Assembly (NCBI GenBank): GCA_026025075.1
Contig: JAPEUI010000015.1
Span: 62,001 to 126,000, forward strand
DNA length: 64,000 nt
DNA from: Vezdaea acicularis
Lineage: Eukaryota
Direction: 5' to 3'
The position numbers were made by a program, and so were the translations under genes. Every line of letters begins with the position of its first letter. The first letter of the stretch is position 1. Below the pieces are notes generated by a model. The model was given only the letters and a program-made list of their open reading frames with translations. It was not told where the DNA came from and did no database searches. This document shows positions 36,692-49,097 of the stretch, in pieces.

Positions 36692-38915
36692 ATGGCGGCT
36701 CTTCTTCCTTTCCGGGACATCAATGTTCATGCGTCAGCGAGCCATTATGCTTTCACATCGCCATCTTCTCCTTCCGAGCCGACGCTGGTCGTTGATCGCC
36801 CGACAGGAGACATAAGGCTAAATGATGGCACTCTCCTTGGTGGAAAACGCGTATCAAGTATTGCTGGAATTCTGGGTATTATTAAGCTGCGTTTAGGTAG
36901 GTATTCCCGTTTGAATACGTATAGTGGACCGATTAACTAAGAAGGGGGGCACAGACAAATACATAATTGTTATTACCAAGGCTCAGCCAATGGGCCGTTT
37001 GAAGGGGCACATGATATATAAAGTCGTCGCTACAGAGTTTCTTCCTTTACGTGAGAGGCCGCTGCACGATCACGATGAAGACACATACATATCGCTTCTC
37101 AAGAATCTTCTGAAAGTCGGGCCAATGTACTTTTCATACTCTTTCGACTTGACGAATAGCTTCCAGCGACAATCGAACTACACAGACCCGTCTGCGCCTT
37201 TGTGGAAGAGGGCAGACGATAGATTCTTCTGGAATAGGTTCATCCAGTCCGATCTCATAGACTTCAGAACAGGTGGGGGTGGTGGTTTGAAACAGCGCAA
37301 TCGGCAGCAACCAGGGACGGACCCCTATATTCTACCAGTCATGTTTGGCATGATGAGGATTACAACCACTGCGGTGAAAGGGACCCCTATCACCTTCGTG
37401 CTCATTACAAGAAGATCTCGTCACAGAGCTGGAACCAGGTACTTCACACGTGGTATCGATGAACAAGGCCATGTATCTAATTACAACGAGACCGAACAAA
37501 TCGTCCTTCTGAATGATAGGACAGGAGGCCTAGGGGGTTTTGCCGGCGGCGGAGGTATGCAAAGCGGACAGGCTGGTGGCAGCAGTAGCCGAGATGTACA
37601 AGTCTTGTCTTACGTGCAAACCCGGGGTAGTGTGCCAGTTTACTGGGCAGAGATCAGCAACTTGCATTATACGCCAAAATTACAAGTCAGGAATATTGAG
37701 TCTGCGGTTGCAGCAGCTAAAGCTCACTTTGATGAACAAATCAAGATATATGGAGACAACTATCTCGTCAATCTCGTCAATGCAAGGGGTCGCGAAGAGC
37801 GCGTGAAGAAGGCATATGAGCAGATGGTTCGTACCCTGAATTCAGCACCATCTGAGAAGAAACAGGCGGACTCAATCACCGATGAAAAGCTACACACAAT
37901 AGAACCGGCTCAAAAGCACCAACAGTATGATCGACTCCACTACGTCTATTTCGACTTTCATAACGAGACCAAAGGTCTCAAGTGGCACCGTGCCCAGCTT
38001 CTCCTTGATCAGCTTCAGGATGCCTTACAAAGTCAGCGATACTTCCGGGGCATTGACATGCCTGGGAATGCCACGGGTGAACTTGAAGTGAGAAATACGC
38101 AGACGAGCGTGGTGCGAACCAACTGCATGGATTGCCTAGATCGAACTAACGTCGTTCAAACAATGTTAGCAAGATATACACTGGATCGGCAACTTGCTGA
38201 TGCCGGTGTATTGCAGGTGGGCGAGTCAGCAACCGCGGACGTAACATTTGATAATGTCTTCCGCAATGTTTGGGCCGACAATGCAGATGTAGTATCAAAG
38301 ACCTATTCAGGCACAGGCGCGCTAAAGACGGACTTCACACGGACTGGAAAACGGACACGTGCTGGCATGCTTCAAGATCTGAACAATTCTATTACGCGCT
38401 ACTTCACCAACAACTTCGCTGACGGCCCCCGTCAGGATGGCTTCGACCTGTTCCTTGGAACATATTTACCTTCAAGTGAGGGAATAGGCAGTTCCCTATT
38501 ATTTGTCGATCGAAGACCGCTCTTGATACAGAGCATCCCATATATATTGGCTGCCAGCCTGTTCATGATCTTTGTGGCGCTATTCACCCGCCGACTTCCA
38601 GATGCTGCTGTTTTGCCTCTCAGGCTTTTCGTACTTGTATGGGTGGTCGTTGGCGTTTGGTCTGCGATGTTCATTATTGGACATGGTGTTTTCTACGTAA
38701 GTCCATCCCTACCCACTCGCCAATCCCAAAGCTGACTCAAGCAGGTCAATTGGCCGAAATTGAACCCGCTGCCTTGGGCTACTGATGGCTATCAAGAAGC
38801 AATGAGTACTATAAGGAATGACAAAGTAATAGGTCAGTTCGTGCAGAGGCATGATCGTGCAGCAAGCAATGCTAGGATGAATCTCCTCGAGGAGGGAAAG
38901 AAGAGGATCGAGTAA
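36692..38915 (+). CDS. SAC1: Phosphoinositide phosphatase Sac1
   Basis: RRSRHRAGTRYFTRGID, QTRGSVP, catalytic RTNCMDCLDRTNVVQ, two C-terminal TM segments, tail KKRIE*; introns at about 36897-36955 and 38697-38744. Confidence 0.95.
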
Positions 38916-39295
38916 TCAACTTTCTCGTGTCACCATTACAGGATGCTGGTATATAGGCGTTGTTCTTTTCTTATCGTATTACTATCAACGGTCTGGATTG
39001 CAGAGACCTAGACGTAGAACAGAGGCTCCTTATATATCTCTTCCAAACATGGCAATTAGCCTAGCGAGTGCTTCCAATACCAATATTCATGGCTTCTGTA
39101 CATTAGATCATTGAGCTACAAAAGGTTGGGTTTTGATTCTAGCTACCAGCTTGACTGTAGACTAACGACAGCATCAGTCGGCAAAATATCGGTTCTGCAA
39201 CCACAGCCCGGGCACCCGAGCCGCCCTAGCTTTCTCCCTTGTATCACTGTCAGAAATTTGACTTCGAAAGACGAGCTCAGAGACATCATGCACTC

Positions 39296-40962
39296 ATGCG
39301 AGCCCTCCAGACCTTCGCAATTCGTTGCGCAGGACGGACTCTACTGCAGCATCCCAAAAGAACCATCAAGATGGAGGCGGCGCACCGCGATTACAACGTT
39401 CGTATCATCAATGGCATAGATGTATTCCAAGGCTGACTTAATCCCAAGAAAGCTATTGCTGCCCTCAATACGTTACAGACAAATCAGGCGACGATCGCAG
39501 CGCTGAGGAAAGCTAAATACCGTAATGAGGATGCAATACCTGAGATGATTGAATGGTGCCGCAAGGCAGGCAATGATGTATATCAAGCCTCCCGATTCGC
39601 CCATAATCATTGCATAGCTAACGCGCTATTCACCTATAGCCGGTAGATTTCGATGCCCTTCGCCCGATACATATAGCTGGCACAAAAGGCAAAGGCTCTA
39701 CGAGTGCTATGGTATCCAGCATTTTGACTCAACATGCGAATTCTCACCCCGCCCTCCAGAAGATTGGCCTCTATACGTCACCTCACCTCCGCTTCGTGCG
39801 CGAGCGGATTCAGATCAATGGAGAACCAATTTCAGCACCGTTGTTTACCCACCATTTCTTCCGCGTCTGGGATGCTCTCACAGCAGCGGCTGCCCAAGCA
39901 GGTCATACGGATCCAGAGTCTCCGACGACCAAGCCAGTATATTTCCGCTACCTTACTCTCATGGCCCTATCTACCTACCTGCTTGAAGGAGTCAAGACTG
40001 CTGTGATTGAAGTAGGCATTGGAGGAGAGTATGACAGTACGAATATCATCGTCCACCCCTCTGTTACCGCTATCACATCTCTCGGGATTGACCATACGCC
40101 CATGCTGGGTACTACATTACCAGAGATCGCCTGGCATAAAGCGGGGATTATGAAGAAAGGTACTACATGTTTCACCATTCCGCAAGCTTCAGAAGCAATG
40201 GCAGTACTTCAGCAGAGGGCGGAAGAAAAAGGAGTCAATCTGCAGGTGGTGGAGCGCCATCCAGAGATCGACACTATTCCACTAGGTCTGGCCGGAGAAT
40301 TCCAGAAGACAAATGCATCACTTGCAATCGCTGTTGCTGCCGCACATCTGCAATCCCTTGGCCTCGATATATCTACATCCCCTTTACCAGACAAATTCTA
40401 CAAAGGGCTGAAGGAAGTCCGATGGGGTGGGCGTTGCGAAACTCGGATCGAACGTGGTATAAGCTGGCATTTAGATGGTGGCCATACTACGGAAAGCGTT
40501 GAAGAAGCAGGTCGCTGGTTTGCCTCCTGCGTTTCCGGCTCTGTGGAGTCTGTGCCCTGCTTTTTGATCTTCAACCAGCAGCTGCGCGCGGCTCAGCCGC
40601 TGCTCAGTCACCTATTAGCTACGCTACGGAGCGAGTTGAAGAGAGACGATATCTTTACTCAGGCCGTCTTCTGTACAAATGTCACCTTCCGCTCTACGGG
40701 CTATCAGCCGGATCTCCTCTCTGTAAACACGAATAAGACGGAGGTGGAGAATCTGACTGTGCAGCAAGGACTCGCGGAGACTTGGAAAGAGCTAGGAGGT
40801 ACACGAGATGCGAAGGTCCACGGCACCATCGAGGAAGCTATCGAGTTCGTAGAGAACGTAAGTGGTCCTGCAAATGAAGGGAAGCTGAAAGCTCGGGTAC
40901 TGGTCACCGGGAGCGTGCATCTTGTGGGTGGAGTCTTGGAAGTCCTAGAGTCTCGGGAATAG
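39296..40962 (+). CDS. Folylpolyglutamate synthase (Met7-like) with two in-frame start codons
   Basis: IHIAGTKGKGST, GLYTSPHL..VRERIQING, EVGIGGEYDSTN and VLVTGSVHLVGG motifs; ATGs at 39296 and 39371; introns at 39398-39448 and about 39578-39639. Confidence 0.9.
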
Positions 40963-41672
40963 GCAAATGCACAGGGCATCATAAAGCAGTATAAGTAATT
41001 CAAAATACAATCAACTTGTAGACTAACGACCTAGACATCATGCCGCTCAAATAATAGGTCAAGTCATTAGCAGCGGAGCATGTATCCCCCAAGAATGGAT
41101 AGGATCTAGGCCAGTACCCCTGACTCTCCACATCACCTCAATCCCAACCCGAATTCAACAAGAGCCCTCTACACAACGCGTCATATCACCTGACTCAACA
41201 TTCGCACCTTCTAGAAGGGGTCCCCGAAGCGAGTCACCACGGGGCTACCCGCTACCCGCACTTCCCGCTTTCCCCAGATTCCTAATAAGGAGGGAGTGGG
41301 GCTTGAGCCTCGGCATCACGATTGTGACACGCTCGGCGCGTCTCCCCGACACGCTTTTCTGGCAAAACGAGTACGACGAGAAAGTGAAAGGTCAGGTGAT
41401 TTTCACATGTCCGTTCTAGAACGATTCCGAAGTTTTTCGCAAGGTCGAGCACGTGAAAGGTCCCACGCCATTGGTCCGTGAGGGATCTATGAGGGGGTAA
41501 TGTGTCTTCCACGCGGTCTTGGAAGTTCTATGCAGAGGAGACTTTAGTTTCTCTATATAAATACATGAGCTTGGATCCATGCTGCCCAAATGCCACACAG
41601 ATACCCCCCTGGAAATGCAAGACACGCAAAGTCCACTACCGTTTACAGAATCTAACCAAATGCGACCCACTT

Positions 41673-44210
41673 CTATTTCTTATGCTTATCAGCCAGTGCT
41701 TTCTGATGCTGCGCTATAAGCTCCTTCTGCAAATGCATTGGCGCAGGGGAGTAATGACTGAACTCCATTCCAAATTCTCCCTTTCCTTGCGACGCAGCCC
41801 GTAACTGGCTACTAAAGCCGAACATGGCGTTCAAGCTGCAGTCTGCGTAAAGGGTGAAGTCCTCAACGCCGATCTCGGTGTCATTGATTGTCGCATTACG
41901 CTTGTTGAGAAGCCCAACAATATTCCCTTGGAACTCGTTTGGCGCGGTGATCGTGATCTTCATTAGAGGTTCCAAGACGGAAGGACTTGCTTTGCGGAAT
42001 GTCTCCCGGAAGGCTTGCTGGGTCGCGTTCTTGAAGGCCATTTCAGACGAATCCGTCATGTGTGTCGCGCCATCATTGATGATCATACGTGTACCAAGGA
42101 CTTTATGGCCCAGCAGCGGGCCTTTCTCACAGGAGAGATGGAACCCCTTTTCGCAAGCGAATAGGAACTTCTCGGAAATGGTACCACCGACGATCTGTTG
42201 CTCAAAGTCGTTCTTCTCAAGTGAGTCGGTTGGCTCCATGTACCCCACAACCCTGGCGTAGTCTCCAGCACCACCAGTCTGCTTCTTAAGCAAGTAATCA
42301 AAGGGGACGTGTTCCTGGATTGTCTCGCGATAGTTGACCTGCGGCTTGCCGGTCTCGCAGTCAACTTTGTACTCACGGCGCATGCGCTCAACATAGATGT
42401 CCAGATGCAATTCACCCATGCCTGAGATAATGGTTTCGCTGTTCTCCTCGTCAACGTGAACGCGGAAGGTAGGGTCTTCGCGCTGGAAGCGAGACATAGC
42501 TTTAGAGAAGTTTGCGCCGTCTGCCGACCTCTTGGGCTTGATCGAGAGGGAGACAACGGGTTCAGGTACGAACATAGAGGTCATAGTGTAGCCCATTGTA
42601 CCGTCTGTAAAAGTGTCGCCGGAGGCACAGTCGACCCCGAAAACAGCACAGATCTCACCGGCGCCGATCGAGGGGACTTCCTCCATTTCATTGGAGTGCA
42701 TTCGTACAATGCGAGGAATCTTGACCTTCTTGTTGGTCCGGGCGCTATACACGTACGAGCCTTTCTTTAATTCGCCCTGGTAAACGCGAATATAGGTCAA
42801 TTGCCCGAAATTTGACTCTTCGAGCTTGAAAGCCAGTCCGACGAATGGGAGAGAGTTGTATGAGACGAGTTTGACAGGTGCTTCATTTCTTCGGCCATCA
42901 AGAGCCATATTCTCTACTTCTGATGGATTAGGAAGATAGTCACAGACCCCATCAAGCATAGGCTGGACTGATTTGTCGGCCAATGCTGAGCCCATGAAGA
43001 CTGGGGTGAACTTCAATGATATTGTAGCCCGGCGGATTGCTGCTTTTATTTGTTCGTTGGTAGGCTCCCGCTCGTCAAGAAATACCTCTGCAATTTCTTC
43101 ATCGACATCTGCCAGGGTCTCCACGAGGATTCGTCTTCGCTCGACAGCAAGGTCTTTTACCGCTTCAGGTATCTCGTCGTTCTCGACAATGGTCTCACTT
43201 CTTTAGGTTAGTCTTGAAGACGAAGAATTTGAGTGCTCAAGCTTACCCCTTTTCGCCTTCGTTATAGATAGCCTTCATCCTCACCAAGTCAACTACACCT
43301 TGAAATTCGTCCTCAGAGCCAATAGGCACCTGTACAGCCGCGGCTGGGATGCGGAGTTTATGGTTGATCTGATCGACTGCCTTGAAAGGATTCGCACCCA
43401 TGCGGTCCATCTTATTGATAAAAGATATCCGCGGGACATTGTATCGCCTCATCTGCCGATCCACTGTTATTGTTTGAGATTGTACTCCAGATACCGCGCA
43501 GAGTATCATCACAGCTCCATCCAAAACTCGCAGGGCTCTCTCGACCTCAATGGTAAAGTCGATGTGCCCTGGGGTGTCGATCAAATTTATATGATATTTC
43601 TCTTCTTTGCCATTCTCTACCTTCACCCAGTCACAGAATGTAGCCGCAGATTGTATCGTGATTCCCTTCTCACGTTCCAAGTCCATAGAGTCCATCTTCG
43701 CGCCTACCGCATCTTTGCCGCGTACTTCATGGATTGACTTGATTCGCCCAGTATAATATAGGACTCGCTCAGTGGCTGTCGTTTTTCCACTATCAATATG
43801 CGCCTATAGGGGTCAGTGACGACTTTGAAGATGAGCTGAAGTTACACACAGCAATCCCTATATTCCGTACACGAGCTAACCTGGCCGCTTCCTTGGGATC
43901 CAGATTCTCGATTATCGTTTCTTGAGCGAGAGTTTCGGGCTCTGCCGCAGCTTCCAGACTACGATTTCATTAGCAAGTTGATAGACCCAACAGTCCTCAA
44001 TGAGACCAACACTGCTGCTGCAGCCCCCGATTGGTAACGCCGCGATTCCCATTGTCGCCGTGCGCCGATGTGCAGTGGACTGGAACGCAAGTCAGGGTTC
44101 GTGGGAACAGGTCGTAATGTACGGCTATATAATAGTCGATTGCCCTTTGAGCTGCTTAAGAAAGAGTATCCACCACGTAATCGAGCTCCGACAGCCCTCT
44201 GCGCCCTCAT
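41673..44210 (-). CDS. MEF1: Mitochondrial elongation factor G1
   Basis: [45 protein letters not shown] and KKQTGGAG motifs; Arg-rich presequence; three introns. Confidence 0.95.
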
Positions 44211-44447
44211 CGCGCCTTTCAAAGTAGCTCTATTGCCATTGATGCAATAGAATTTACAGGTGGCTCGAAACTTTCTTAGTCGATTCTGCGATCCCTGTCA
44301 CTGATCATGTGATCTCGCGTCGATCCACTCAATGCACGCGTTTCAAGGCACTTGAGTTTGACATGTGAAAAGAGCTACACTGAGCTAGCTATGCAGCAAA
44401 GACACGAAATCGCTTTGATGCCAGTCAGAAGGGACACGTCCACTCTC

Positions 44448-46419
44448 TCACAACATAACAATTCCAAGCTCGCCATCTCGCTTCTCGTCCAGCTTTCCTT
44501 TGTCGTTGAGACCGCCTGCCATAGGAGCTATTCGATAATTATACAGGTAATAGTGTAACTGCCCATCTCCACGCCCAAATTTCTGCTGCTCCAGGAATTT
44601 TGGGTTATCCAACAAGGTAAGCGCATTCATTACATCAAAACCAAGCTATGAAATGCGTTAGTCCAATTGTGAACAGGAATGTGTGGACTACTAACCTTTT
44701 TGGCATGAACAAGGGCGTCCCCAATAAGCTCATTGAGCCTTATCTTCAACGCTTCTTTGTTTGCTTTGTCCTTTCCAGTACCTTCAAACGCGACTGCCGA
44801 TGCATAGTAATACAGATATGCTGCATGTATGCTATCATGTTTCTTTTTCTTGATGACTTGAGAATCAAGGCAGTAGAAGGAGACGAAATCTGTGATCTTA
44901 TGGCTCTTAGGTTGCTGCAATATTATAAGTATAACTATTCATCAGATAGCCCGGGGACTGCTTACCTCAACGACATAGGTCCATATGACCTGTTCAGGGG
45001 AGGTCTTCTCTTTATGTAATAGAAGATGATCGATATCTTCTTTGCTGAACACGGGCGCCAGAGTAAAGCGCTTCAAATATCGCGATAGCAGATCATGGAC
45101 GGCTTCAACATCTTTGCCTTGCATAGGTCTCATGCCTTGAACCGATGTAGTACTTGGAATATGGTTTTTGGTAACCTGACGTTTAGGGTTGGAGCCAGTC
45201 GGAAGTGGAGAGAAGCCAATCTCGTATAGCTTCATCCAGTCTATACTCCGATGAAAATAGCGACAGGTTGTGATAGGTCGTGGGAGAACAACACCTGCCG
45301 TGTAAATTGCCTGCTGGACGCCTACCAAATGACATCTTCTCGTAATTTCTTGAATTAAGACTGGAGCTAGACGCTTTGCTCTAAGCTTCTTATGAACACA
45401 AAGGAAATTAATTTCTGAACCATTCATGACTGTATCCCGAACACGAAGCTGGACAGGTACGCCCGATATAAAGGCGACAAGTTTCCTAGATTGAGTCGCG
45501 CGAATACCGACATGCCAATCCTTGTGCCAACCAGGGACTTTGAGAGCCCTGTTTTTATGAGCTTTTGACTTCCGCATGTATAGCTGTGTTACTTACCAGC
45601 CCAGAAAAGAGGCCGAATATTTGAACCTAAACATAGCTTGGTCGTCTTCCACGTAATGGCCCAGCAGCAGCTCATAGACGTCACTCAACTACTTTACATT
45701 AGTAAGAGTGAGATGCAAAATCTCCAAAGGTACATACTTCATTCTCATCTGTCATGTCCATCACCACCCACTCGAATCCTGGTATGAGCTGGATCGGTTC
45801 CTTCGGCGTTTGGGCGGGATCAATTGGATTTATGGGTCCCTCTTTGCCTTTCGGTTTCTCATCTAATTTTTCTTATTAGCCGTGATTTGTGCAGAGTTCA
45901 CAAATGATGCCAACCAAATTTAGGAACAGGTTGCGTTTTCCAAAACTTGTATGAAGCCATGTCCTTCTGATTCTTTCCGGTTACCGACTAGAGAGATACA
46001 GATATCAGCTTCCAATTGAGAAGCAAGGAGTATCATGTATGCACCATGCCTGTCAGCATCTCATTCACGGACAGTTTTCGTAGCAACTCTTCGATTTTGG
46101 CTTTGTTTTGACCGGCGAACTGACTCTCCAGCTGAGGGTTGGCCTTCAAAAGCAGATCAACTTTATCCTGACTGGTTGGCCCCGATTCCTCCGGACCAGC
46201 TTCTTGATCACTGGTCTTCTTCTTCTTAGACTTTCTCTTCTTCTTTTTCTTTGCGTCCACCGCATTGCCCTCTACAGCATCTGGTTGATTTGTATCCTCT
46301 ACATCGGATGAGACTTCAGCCACTTTAGCTGGCTCAGCACCGCCTTGGACAATATTTGTTTGGCCCTTCTGTTGGTCGTTCTCCTCATCAGGGGCGACCT
46401 GATCCTCTTTTTCTGCCAT
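44448..46419 (-). CDS. NMT1: Glycylpeptide N-myristoyltransferase
   Basis: [50 protein letters not shown] and [16 protein letters not shown] motifs, ending GIVML; about six introns. Confidence 0.95.
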
Positions 46420-46990
46420 GTTGTAAGTGGAAAGTCAACTTTCTGAGAGTGCTGTAGTGAGGGGCACCAGAAAAGGCTGCGATAGTGGGGCAGAAATATA
46501 AACAGGAAAATGGTCAAGCGAAGTTCGCGTTTTCCTCTCGGGAAAAATTACTGTGCGTCATCGGGCAAATTATACAAGCAAGCGCTATAGTGTATCGCTT
46601 GAAGTATCAAAGCAAGTCAAAACAACGCGCAGACCTAGTGGGCTTTGTCATGCACTGCGGCAGCCTACACAAGAAATACAATGCCGTTCCGTCTGACCAT
46701 TGAAACGAAGTCATCTTTGAAAGCCCCTTACTTTTTCTAGAACATTAACTAGCAAAAGCGCACGCAGAGTGAATTTACTACCCTTTTCACGCCATAGAAC
46801 AATTCTGGGGCCATGCTATGCAATATACCTGAGTAGAGTCGAATGAATGGTGTATTTGACTCGCAGAAAAGCGTCCTCTATGCTCTCTTTAAGTCATTGA
46901 ATGACTATTCCCAAGCGCCCCGGAAATTTTGAAATTACATGATAACGGCGCCTATTGATGCAAGATACGTTGGGGTTCAAGAACTTCTAC

Positions 46991-48686
46991 TCATACAGCT
47001 CTCCTCACCATCTTCCTCCGCGGCTGACCAACCGAGCTTGAAGGGGTATAGATGGAACGAAGTCGATCTTCATGATCTCCGTCATTGCCCGGCTCATCTC
47101 CATGATCAGAGACCTCATCCGCATCTCGAGGGAGCCTCATAGCGAGATGGACATATTCTGCTCGAGTCATGTTATCCATGATTTCGTTCATGTAGCTATG
47201 AACTTCCCCTTTGCTGGCAACGACTCTAGATAGAGGCTCCAGAATCCGAGTGTGATGTGCAATCATTCGCATAGTGACCGGCTGATAGTAGTCCAACGCT
47301 GGATCATAGGTGCTATATGCGCAATCGCTGCCCTTTCGAACCAGTAGAAAAGACACTATCACTTGGGTTCCCCCATATACGTATTCCAGAATGCTGTACT
47401 TCGGGAACAGGAATCGGTCTCCATTTCCAGCGGCAAATTCAAACACGACAGCGCTGATATCGGGCTTAAGGTAGGGAAGTGAGCTTTTGGAGCGGATGCT
47501 CTGAGAGTTGCTAGCTTGGTAAGGACCTGATATTGAGCCTGTTGAGGTAGCAGGGCTAGGAACTTGAGGAACTACCCGACTCTGAATAGGGCCTGTGTCC
47601 TGCGTAGATCGCACCCTCGTAGATGAATTGGCAACAGGGGATGGAACGGAGTTGGGGAAGTGAGGGGCAAGCGGACGTTTTGCGGTGCTTTGAGAAAGAA
47701 GCATTGCGTTGAGCTCATCTATTTGTCGTTGAAATGACTGTAATTCTCCTTTCGTCGCTACTCCAGAGGCTACGACTCTCATCAAAGCTTTCAAGTTATC
47801 ATCCGTTGATGCCTTCGTTGCCAGAAGCTGTATGACCGGATCAGGGCTAGCCTTTGGTGGTGGAGCAGTTTCCACCTTAAGAGGTGGCCTTCTCGACGAA
47901 TTTGATGTATCCGTCTGCGTTGGATTCGACTGAGGGGTAGATTTTGTCGGATGATGAGTCGGGGTTGAAGTTGAGCGTACAGGGGTAACATTGGGTTGAA
48001 TAGGGTGATTGGTGGCACGCGACGGATTTGAGGAAGGATGTATTGGACTTTGCTCAGGCGTAGGTCTATTATTAGGCTGAGTGGATGAATGTGAAGTTAT
48101 TTGAGGGCTATAGGGTTTAGGAGGTCCGTATTGAATTATTGGGCGTTGCATCGATACTTGAGGGGAATAATTCGGTGGCCGGGGCTGTGGATCCTTGACT
48201 GACCACAATATGACCTCGAAGTTATGTGGTTCGATCACAATTGTGCATTGACCGATTTTGCTCATTGAGTCTTTCGGCGGGTTCTTGCTGTCATCAACGC
48301 CTTTCCGTTTCGAAGGTTTGGACCAGTACCGCTCGAATAGGCCTTCATTTAACCACTTTTGCCTCGACTGCTGCAAAGCTGCTGCCAACACACCACTAAG
48401 AAATGAACTTTAGCTTGGATGCCTTGATATTGAAGCAATTAAGCCCAGCTCGGGAGAACTACCTTGCTTCAATGGACTGGAATGCACCGGATGATAAACT
48501 CTGCGATTGAGGTTCCTTGAGGATTGGCAGAGGACGGCCATTTTCTAGACTAGTTGGCAGGCTCCCGTTGAAAGATGGCGGAGCAGAAGGAGGAGCAGGC
48601 AGTTCTTCTTTGGGTGTCGAGGTTCGACGTTTTTTATACGCTGGCTCTGCCCTAGCTCTTGTAGACATCCTCCGGCTTTCAGCCAT
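46991..48686 (-). CDS. SWR1-complex subunit Swc3-like
   Basis: SGVLAAALQQSRQKWL...FERYWSKP, DPVIQLLATKASTDDNLKALMRVVASG and VVFEF..GNGDRFLFPKYSILEY blocks; intron at about 48462-48397. The 3' end may include a further intron. Confidence 0.65.
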
Positions 48687-49097
48687 CGTGAGAGAATTGG
48701 CCAACTGCGGACAGCGGAAAGCTGGACAGGCCGCCTAGTTTGATCTCTGCTCCGGTGTTTGTGAGCACTGCAGGAAATGATTCATTCCTGTGAGAGTCCG
48801 CTAGGGGTGTTGACGGACGACGGATGTGGAGACGAAGGTCGGAATAACCCACGTGTCAAAGTAACGGATAGGTAAGTAACAAGTGGATATTTTGGGTTTT
48901 TAAAGAAGGTTAAGTATTTATTTTCATTGGTTTCATTCATCTGCATTTGTGAGACGCTTTGGAAAGGCAGTGTGGGGCGATGTTCGGGGGTTTGCAGCTG
49001 ATGTTCGGGCTAAATGTCAGCGACCTTGCGGGATTCTGAAGAGAGGAACGGGCTTGCAAGTCTATTGATAGGGACCGTGCGTCCATCAACTTTCAGT

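Noticed and set aside
41213..41305. RNase MRP-like fragments (GTCCCCG, CACGGGGCT, TGGGGCTT)
   Set aside because: The segments are adjacent and form a local hairpin instead of the long-range P4 helix, and the GAAA of conserved region I is missing. Kept only as an unassigned structured element.
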